A stretch of 63,007 nucleotides of DNA, filler included, from Lenisia limosa (lineage: Eukaryota > Protista > Breviatea), in assembly GCA_001655205.1 (NCBI GenBank). It is 8 parts of 8 records of this genome, joined end to end, with 100 filler letters (N's around TTAATTAATTAA, not from the genome) between each part and the next. Parts side by side here need not be neighbours in the genome. Positions count along the whole stretch, not along the records: positions 51,042 to 60,264 come from LPNZ01010104.1; positions 60,365 to 63,007 come from LPNZ01001294.1; 6 more parts are not named here. One strand, 5' to 3'. Made by a program: the position numbers and the translations under genes. Shown in pieces: positions 53,811 to 63,007 of the stretch (its first letter is position 1; each line of letters begins with the position of its first letter). The notes beneath the pieces are model-generated. The model worked only from the letters and a program-made list of their open reading frames with translations. It was not told the origin of the DNA and did not search any database.

Positions 53811-56129
53811 ATTTGAGATAGTCTACTTTTTCTCCGTTATTATTCATGAACACCTCATTAGTATCGTATTTCGGAATGTATTAAAACAGAAAGGTTGAAA
53901 AAATTTAGACTCAATTCTAATTATATACTTGAACAAAACATCTGCGATTTTGGCTTTCTTTTTCTTGAAGTTATCAGCAAGTTTTGCAGCTCCTCCGACG
54001 CGNNNNNNNNNNNNNNNNNNNNNNNNNNNNNNNNNNNNNNNNNNNNNNNNNNNNNNNNNNNNNNNNNNNNNNNNNNNNNNNNNNNNNNNNNNNNNNNNNN
54101 NNNNNNNNNNNNNNNNNNNNNNNNNNNNNNNNNNNNNNNNNNNNNNNNNNNNNNNNNNNNNNNNNNNNNNNNNNNNNNNNNNNNNNNNNNNNACCAAGGT
54201 TTTGTGTGGCTCAATGTGCACAAAGGACAACGGACGCTTTACCATTTCAGTTATTGGCCCATGCAGCAAAAGTACCACAGAAAATGGGAAAATCGAGTGC
54301 AATGTACCTTCTCTTTATTTCTTTCCAGATTAGTAAGGTTATGAAATAAAACAGTTAAAAAGGCCAGAAGTTAAAAACTCGGAAAAATATACATATAAAA
54401 AAAAAGGGTGATCAGTTTTTGCTGATCTTGTAAAAAATTTTTTTTTTGAAATTTTGAAGAAATATGAAGAATCTTTCTTTTTTCTAATTGTTTTTCTCTT
54501 TCTATCAAATATAGAAACAATTTATGCCTATTAATCATCTGTTTAGGAGCTTTTTAAAAAAATAAAATAGAATACAGAGTTTTGGAATAGAATAGGGAGT
54601 TTAGGTTGCCTAGCATATATACATGTAGTATATATATATATAGTATATGCATATGATATATAATATATAATACTATGCATATGATTATTTAATCATAATT
54701 ATATACTATACTGACATTATATATATTTATATGACTTCGGAAAGAACTAGCCTCTAATTAACACTATTTTCCAATTTTTTTGGGTACTTACTCAGGCCCT
54801 TTTTACTTACTTTTGTTTCCTGGGAGCGGAGGACCCTTGTACTTACTTTTGTTTTTTGATGCATTTGACCTTAACCCAATCGCTTTATTGCAGTTTTGAG
54901 AAAGCAAAGTTTGTGTTTTCCTCTTCAACTTGCGTTGAAGCGTGTTCTTCTCTCATAAAATCGACAAAGAGGCCCTTTAGAGGGGGGTTGGCAACACAAC
55001 TTACAGGCATAACGAGCATTAAAAATGAATCTAATAAAGGCAAATAGAAAGTCAACAGCTCAAACAAACTTTCGTCTTCAGAGCTGTTTTAAGATTTTAA
55101 AAAATGCGTCAAAACCTCTCTAGAATATACTGACAAGATGCATGTGAAGTAAATCACAATAAAGTTTCGGTCTTGGCAAGATTAGTTTCTGATGTAGGAA
55201 AATTTTTTATTGTGATTTTTGGCCATTTCCCTTGAAATATGACATTTCCCATTTTCCGTCCGGTATATGATGGCTCATATTCCCTCGTCGCAGGTTCCTG
55301 GGAAAATGGCATAACATACATGTATCCTCTGGAAAATGAGAAAGTCATATTTTTTCGTTTTTTGGTCATTATTCTCGAAAAATCATATTTTGTCGATCTG
55401 ATCGAACTATTAGAAGCATGGGAGATATGGGGTGACACGTTATCGGAATGTCATATGTATGTGTTCAGAGAATATGTTTAATACATATCGATATAATGTG
55501 TATATGAATGTAATACTAATATATGTATACTAAACATTCATACATATAATGTTAGCCCACGAGTGGATATAGCGGAGAGCGAGTGAGTCCCGAGGAACAT
55601 CCGCAAATAATCAATTAAAAATATTCACGACCATCCACGAGGGCTGCGACGAGTAGATATGAGCAATCATTTACACGAGGGGAATGATTGGAAACGGCTT
55701 TTTTACAGTGATTATATCATATTTCCCCTATTTTCAAAGGTTATCCGTTTGCTGTTTATATTATAAAACCAAAACAAAAAATCATTGAAATTATAAAATA
55801 TACCTGCAGTGTTGCAGGTTTGTTAGAACTTCTGTCGTTCTTTTTGACTCAATAAGGTAGCCTACTGACTTAAATGAGGAGTGGTTTGTCTATCTTCCGA
55901 CACCATGAACTGTGCCTTCTCTACTCTTCGCGCAAGCTGCTGAGAAGCTCGCTAAGCTGTATTTAAGTCTACGTGAAGCAAAATCGATAGATTTTGAAAG
56001 CCGTTCTTCAACTTGATGAAGTATGTTGATGCCTCTAACCTTCTTTATAATTGTATTAGGTTGATTACTGGCTAAAAATGACTTGCTGTTCGCCTAAATT
56101 CCTGATCTTCTGAAGGTTCTCGTTTTCTC

Positions 56130-56520
56130 TTCTTCTTGTTGCTCCCTACTCCAGCTCTGCCTGTGTTATGATCATTTAGAGCATTTTAAGAACTTCACCA
56201 ATGCATTCAAACAGGTTTTGCACCTTGCTGCTTCATTCATTGATCTGATCCCTGAACTTTCACCCCCCGATACTCTGCCTCTCTTGCTGCGCATTTTGAA
56301 GCTCTCTGGTGATTTCTTCATTTTTTTTTTTATCCAATTCCCCAAAGCCAACTACTCTCTTTTCCTTTTTATGGTTATCTTAAGAGTTTTTCTTTCAAAA
56401 GTGACCCAAATGGGAAAGAAAATATGATACAATCACAATAAAATCTTCAGATTTCCCGTGGATTGGATCATATTTCATCATATACCCTCGAGAGAATGAG
56501 AGTCACATTTTTTATTTTGG
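56130..56520. repeat. Dispersed ~390-bp repeat F, copy 1
   Basis: Colinear with 58760-59130, e.g. CTCTGCCTGTGTTATGATCA, CCTCTCTTGCTGCGCATTT and AAAGTGACCCAAATGGGAAAGAAAATATGATACAATCACAATAAAATCTTCA. Confidence 0.85.
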
Positions 56521-56562
56521 GGTGTTTTCATTTCTAGCCCCTTGATGCATTCCCATGTCCTC

Positions 56563-58180
56563 TCACGATATAGGGGGGAGTCTCTCACGCTTTTGTTGCT
56601 TGGGTGGTGCATGGATGGAGTAATCTGCCAGAGCCGGGTGGATGTAGGGGTCGTTGAATGTTGAAGCTCTTCGGGGGTTGTAATATTCTATTTGTCTTCT
56701 GACTTTAGATTTGCTTATGAGATCCCTATTCGGTGACAGATAATTTCGGTGTTTTTGCACACCTGGTGCACTCAGACTTTTGTTTGTGCAACTTAAATTA
56801 ATGTCGAAATAAATATATTTAACATACTTTTATGTTAAAACAAATTATCAAATCAAATAATGCCAACCTACCAGGAGTGGAGGCCGAGTCTTTGCCTTCC
56901 CAGCGTTCCCAGTTTTATTTTTTGTTCCCACTTTTCTTTTAGCTTCTAAGTCACTTCTAAGTTGTTATTATGTCTGAAAACCAGAGAGAGCGCGACTTCG
57001 ATGTCTCTGTTATTGATGATGTTGAGCCTCTACTCCAGGGGAGGATATATTGAATAATTGGAGGGGGAAAAACTGCTTTCTGTTTTTTGGACGATTTGAC
57101 ACTTTGGATTTCTTTGCTAGAGAAACTGAGCGCTCAAAGACAATTATTTCCTGAAATTAGAGTTATCTTGGATTCAATAGCATTTGTGATTTGCTGTGAC
57201 AGTCATTATGTTTCAGTATGAAAATCTTGACTTCTAAGATGATAACATCTGAATTCAGAATCACACCTGAGACTCTCTTTCTCTCCGGATGATATCCTGG
57301 GTTATTTGGAGAAGTTCCTTTGTGCCCTGAACTTGTGAAAGATATAATATTTGACTAACTTCCGAGTCAGATGATGAACGAAGATAACAGTTTCATGATG
57401 AGACCGAAAATCAAAGTCCACACATGTGAAAATGACCTTGATATTATATGCATATGACATCGTGTGTATCCGTCAGCTCATAGTATGTGTTATTATCAAA
57501 CTAAATCATTATTGCCTTGTATTAACTCTATTAGTATTTCAATTTTGTGCTCACATTAAAACATTGTTTTTATCCATCTTGCGTATAACCACTAACCTTT
57601 TCGGTAATATCTCTAATAGCATTAACCTTGAACCTCTTGTCCTTGGGCTTAGCATTTGCAACACCTATTCATTGTGATTGCAATAATATTTCGAAGACTC
57701 ATGAAAACACATTTTTTTGTCAACTGCAAACCAAGAGCAGCAGCCAATTCGGTTTTGGAACGGCTCACTTCAATCTCTTTCGCAGAAGAGTCTAAAATGT
57801 GAAAAGAATTAGAATTGTAAAAGTAATGAGGCCATAACTCCATATCCGACTCAAGTGACCAGTATTTGAGCTTGTTATTCAGTGCGCTCGAGTATTTCTC
57901 ATTTATTAGCTCCACAGTTTCCTCAGAAAGTTTAGCTATATGGTTGTCTGTGAACTAAACATGATTACAAGATAGGTCAAAGAAAGCTCGTCACCATCTT
58001 CGATCTTTTGTCCGAGAGGGGTTTTGGCGCGCGCAAGTTTGTCACAGAGGTTGACGACCAATATTTCCAAATACCTTGGTTTTTTCTGAATTGTTTGTGA
58101 GTGACAAAGACCCAAACTTGAGCAGCGTTAGGGGAGGTTTTGGATGAGAGAGTCCCTCCATAACTCGGTAATTCCAAACT
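56563..58180 (-). CDS. Multi-exon gene or pseudogene of unknown function
   Basis: AG/GT bounded exons VANAKPKDKRFKVNAIRDITEK, VDFDFRSHHETVIFVHHLTR, VQGTKELLQITQDIIRRERESQ, EIIVFERSVSLAKK and NEKYSSALNNKLKYWSLESD. Confidence 0.5.
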
Positions 58181-58522
58181 ATATTGTAAGTTGTAATAGT
58201 TTGTAAAATATCTTGATCCACAATTTTCGCGTTATTGGTCAGGCCCCTACCCTCTGTGACGCCAACATTTCCGCCTTCGGAGCCCTCATCGAGGAAGGCT
58301 TCGTTTCACAAGCAGCTCATAAGATCGAAGCCGCCCCCTCAGTCGACAACTCTTTCGAGGCCAGTCCCTTCTTTGCGGCCACCTCGGTTCTGGCGCCCAT
58401 CTCTTCAAGCACTAATACTCGCAAATATGTCGAAGCAAGCATGATCTTTTAGGGATCAAGTCCCAGATCGAAGTCGGGCTCAACATCTTCGACCTTCTTA
58501 TTGTAGAGAGGGGTCTTGGTGG

Positions 58523-58635
58523 TAGCGGCACGCTTCTTAACACTAAAACTGGAACTAGGGATCATTTTTGGAAATATAGTGGTAGTAGTTCGACAATGGG
58601 TTAAGAGGCTTTCTGTAAAAACGGGATTTCACTTA
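58523..58635. repeat. Dispersed repeat E, copy 2
   Basis: Colinear with 52775-52915. Confidence 0.75.
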
Positions 58636-58759
58636 AATGCAAGTGAACTGAACTTTTAATCTGGGATCATCAAATCTACAAAAAAAAATGGGATCATCAA
58701 ATCCACAGTAAATAATAACATTCCACAAATTCCCATGTTTATATGATCTCCTTTCCTCT

Positions 58760-59130
58760 TCTTCTGTTTGCTCGCTACTGCCACTCTGCCTGTGTTATGA
58801 TCAAATAGAGCATTTGAAGAACTTTACCACTGTAATCAAGCAGTTTTGCACCTCCCTGCTTCATTTGTTGATCTGATCACTGAATCGATCTTCATTCCCC
58901 GGTCCTCTTCCTCTCTTGCTGCGCATTTAGAGGTTCTCTGATGGTTGCTTCATTTTTTTTATATATCCCATTCCCCAAAGGCAACTATTCTCCTTTCCTT
59001 TTTTTGGTGATCTTTAGATAGATTGTCTTTCGAAAGTGACCCAAATGGGAAAGAAAATATGATACAATCACAATAAAATCTTCATATTTCCCTGTGGGTT
59101 GTATCATCTTTTATCATATTCACTAGTGAT
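58760..59130. repeat. Dispersed repeat F, copy 2
   Basis: Colinear with 56130-56520. Confidence 0.85.
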
Positions 59131-60639
59131 ACTACCATATTTCTTCCCCCCCCCCCCTTNNNNNNNNNNNNNNNNNNNNNNNNNNNNNNNNNNNNNNNNN
59201 NNNNNNNNNNNNNNNNNNNNNCTTGAGTTCTGAATTTTACTTTGACCAAATCCACAGTAAAAAATGACGCTCCAAAAATTCCCATGTGTACATATGTATG
59301 TATATGATTGGTGCTTCTAGTTATAATAGAAACTTTTAAGGATATTTTTTTGGTTTTTGGAACAATCGCTATTTTGGTTGTTCTGCCTGGCGGATTTTTT
59401 TTATTTTTATAATAATAGGGACATTTTTTTCTGACGTTAACCCTATACACTTTCACACAAGCTGTTGCTCAGTTGAATTGATGTGTTATTTTTACGTTGT
59501 AGTCATGACACTACCTGGCGCTTTTGGGATGTTGAAACGCAGTCTGAACTTTTGGTTCAGGAAGGTTTGTGTTTTTTGCAAAACCTTTTTTGGGGCTCTT
59601 AATCAATTCCTATTTCGTTATTTGTCCATTTTCAATTGACAAAGTCTCCAAAAAGCCAGGTTTTTTGGAAGAACTTCCTCTTAGAATGCTTGCATGGATT
59701 CCCCCTTGCTTTGGCTATGTAATGGTGAATTATGTGTGCTTTCTACAAGGTCAAACTTTCCCGGATAGTTGCCATTTATTCCTTGAATGTGGCCGATTAT
59801 AACGGTTTTGGTTATTTTTGGTAGTTTAAGGGCCGCAAACGGGTAGCCAAGTGACTTAATTTGGGTTTGAGCCAAGAATATGTAAAAACCGCATTCAATC
59901 CTGTGATTATGACTGAAATTACTTTCGAAAATAACATGAAAATGAAGTTTATAGTACTTTTATAGGGAAAATTCAAGCTGTCCGGGAGTTTTGATGTGTC
60001 CGGAGCTTTGACTATATTTATGATATATATATACTATATTATAGTATATGCGCCGGTTCAAAATTCCGTTTTTTTTGCCAATTCCGGTTTTTAGACAATC
60101 TTGATGTTGAATTCTCTCAAAAAGTGGTGGAAACCACAGAAGGATCTTGCAAGACAAAATTTGTTTTTTATTTTTTGAAAAAATTTGACCTTAAGGTCAA
60201 ATTTTCAAAATACTCCGTGACTAATCTTTAAAAAAATAATTTTTTTGTGTTTATGCCCGTTCCANNNNNNNNNNNNNNNNNNNNNNNNNNNNNNNNNNNN
60301 NNNNNNNNTTAATTAATTAANNNNNNNNNNNNNNNNNNNNNNNNNNNNNNNNNNNNNNNNNNNNTCGCTTCTGCAGCACGTAGAATTGCAGATTTGATGA
60401 AGCTTTTAATTATAAATATTAATTGGGAGGTGGGGGTGGAAAATAATCATACTTTAAAATATTATGATCAAACAGAGACCTAAAGACTACTATTATCATC
60501 AAAATCATAGACGCTATCATATCTTGGTATATTCTGGGTTTAACCGAAACCGAACCGAAATGAAGCACTACGCTATCATCAACATCCCAATCGCCCATAA
60601 ATTTTCAATTAAAAAAAGTTGAATATTTTGCTCGATAAA

Positions 60640-63007
60640 AATCACTCCAAGACATTGCAAAAAGCTGCTGTGATCCACTATTGTCCAAAGGGAAAAACAA
60701 TGGGACAATTATGAAATAAGTAATAATAATAAACCCAGAATCAACTCTGTTAGCTAGCATTTGGGAAACACACAACGGTTTAAAATAATGGCTTGTCTAA
60801 AAATGGGGTGGCTTTGAAAAAACGTCTGTAGTTGCAAAAATTAACCTTTAATTTTGTTATTTTGTTCATAAAAATACCACTTCTATCACTCTTTATTTTT
60901 TAACTACATGTTACCACCCCTTTTTAGATGAGCTATAATAACTCACTAATAAATCACTGAAACAAAGCCACTTGATACCAAGGTAGTTAATCACAGAAAC
61001 AAACAAAGCGCTGCTGTTTTGACCCACTTTTTTCCAAGGGGAGTACCGCATGGTGACACCTGAACTGACGGTGCTCTCGATTGTTGCGGGCTGCGGAGGG
61101 AGGTAAGGTACAATTATGAAAACAAAAAAAATCTGAACCGGGGGGTGGGTCAAAATTTCCAGGAAAAAGTTATAATATAATTTGTGCTTTTGAAATAAAA
61201 ATGAACACGAACCTGAAGATAGACAAAGCATAACATTATCCTGAAAATTTTAACCCCACACCCGGTGCAAACGCACCTGAAGATATATTATAGCAATGAG
61301 AAAAAAAATAAGGATGTATCTGACCGAAGCCGTCCACACCATCACGATAATAAGATATATTGGATTATAGTATAATAATAATTCACCCAATCATTTGCCT
61401 TACAGCTCTGTGTACACAGCTTTCTGCGTGCCTCCACAGCATACCTGAAGATGGACAGAGACTCAGGTCGGCTGCGCTCAGGCGTCAGGTTGGAACTCAC
61501 GGATTCTGAAGAATCAGAAAATCATATTGTTTATGATAGTATCATATGCTATTAGACAAGAGAAATAACATACATTAGAAATCTTGGGAAACAAATAAAT
61601 AATACCTTAAACATTACTACACTCTCGAGCCCACGCTCCTTGGAGCCCCCATATAACTGTAGCTCTCAAAACATATCATATATTATATTGTTTATGTTAT
61701 TCCTATGTTTAAGGCCATCATGTATTTTCCACATATTACGTACATTTTTCATGTGTTTTCTTACTCTTTCACAGTCCCACAAACGTTTGTAGAGCTCATC
61801 TTCATCATCATTGGTGCCTCGACAGATCATCGGGAGGTTCCTTAGACTAGAGCGGAAGTCGGCTATCTGCTTTTCCCTTGCGCCGTCCCTTTCTATAGAG
61901 GCCGCATCTAATCAGTAAGCCAATATGCATATACTCTTTATTAATAGGTTTATGATGATGGTAACTAAACTAATGTTCATATTATAATACAATGATTATC
62001 ATCAAGTTTAAGTTTGTGTTGACCAATATGTTAGAATAATTAAGTTTAAGATGACAATGGTACTTAAGCCAATTATGATTATTATGCTTATGATTATGGT
62101 TTATGAGTATGGTTAATATGGGAGATTCCCACTGGTCTCAAAAAAGACAAAGTTGATCGATGAAATATCGATAAATATCGATATTTATCCTTCTTTTTCG
62201 GACCATAATAAAATGTGATGATGGTAATATGTTAATATACTAGATATTATGACTGATTACTATTCTCATCCTTTTTGTTTTACATATTTCCCTACCTGTC
62301 CTCTCCGTCGTCCCGGGGCCCCGAGGCTCATGCGAATCCATAATTTTGAGCTTGGAGAGCTTGTGGAGCGGATCGGAGGATTTCGGTCGTCGGGGAATGG
62401 GGGAGATGGGGTGGGCATTGGTGGATGATGGCGGCTGAATTGGTTAGTGGTGTATCCCAAGGTAGAAGTAGAGCATTACTTCGGTTCGAAAAATACTGGT
62501 AAAATATCGATAATTTTCGAGGATTTATCGACATTTTACCGAACCGAAGTGAAGCCCTAGAAATATATTAGTAAATGAATTAATTTGTTCTCAACAAAGT
62601 CAGAGAATGGCACAATGTTGGGCCTGATTAATAACAAATACACCCACGAAGAAGAAAAAGACACATTTTCTTGCCAAACTAACAGTTTTGATAGATGGAG
62701 GGGAGTATTCGAAGTCTTCATTTATAGCGTGGAAGGCGACAGGCAGATTCTGTAAAGTGAGTTAAATCCCCACTAAATGGAGTTTATTATGATTATTATT
62801 ATTAATTTTTTCAAATATCATATGTATTGAATACAAGACTATAGAAACATGTAGACATGAGGACAATAATTTTTTCTTTTTATTATAATTTCTCAGCAAT
62901 ATCATTTTAATTATTTTTATTTCTGACCCCAACGCTCACCTCAATGGTGCATGAGGCGCCCCCGCGAATAAGGGTCTCGTACAGAGCCGCTCTCTCCCTT
63001 GAAACGG
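60640..63007 (-). CDS. Multi-exon gene of unknown function with low-complexity S/P-rich exons, continuing beyond the window
   Basis: Exons VSRERAALYETLIRGGASCTIE|GTGAG, NLPVAFHAINEDFEYSPPSIKT, PPSSTNAHPISPIPRRPKSSDPLHKLSKLK, DAASIERDGAREKQIADFRSSL, ESVSSNLTPERSRPESLSIF and SPQQSRAPSVQVSPCGTPLGK. Confidence 0.6.
61292..61444 (-). repeat. Repeat family B, full copy beginning exactly at a GT donor
   Basis: Minus strand ..CCATCTTCAG|GTATGCTGTGGAGGCACGCAGAAAG..CTCATTGCTATAATATATCTTCAG|GTGCG. Confidence 0.85.
62469..62559. mobile_element. hAT-like MITE family A, copy 5
   Basis: TAGAGCATTACTTCGGTTCG ... CGAACCGAAGTGAAGCCCTA, in an intron. No clear TSD. Confidence 0.75.

Overview
Draft-assembly window from an intron-rich, AT-rich unicellular eukaryote. 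The standard code fits, introns are GT-AG, and the AHCY lacks the plant-type insertion. Together with a DOCK-C/D GEF and a guanylyl cyclase, this is compatible with an amoebozoan or non-animal opisthokont, but that is inference only. The window is several contigs joined by artificial N50-TTAATTAATTAA-N50 linkers, so gene models stop at those linkers. Genes I recognise after manual splicing: class I sirtuin, AHCY, CDK10, eIF2B-beta, Aquarius (5' part), a Cir_N/LENG1-like protein, a guanylyl cyclase catalytic domain, a DOCK-C/D protein (5' half) and TLC-domain protein(s). There are also several multi-exon genes of unknown function. The most unusual signal is in the introns. (1) One ~60-90 nt repeat forms the 3' end, including the AG acceptor, of at least 8-9 introns in unrelated genes, always in sense orientation (introner-like). 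(2) Many introns start GT+G-run and end C-run+AG, with partial terminal complementarity. (3) A second ~155 nt repeat sits between perfect ATCTTCAG|GT direct repeats that provide splice sites. hAT-like (8-bp TSD) and Tc1/mariner-like MITEs are also present. Exon boundaries were read by eye and are approximate.
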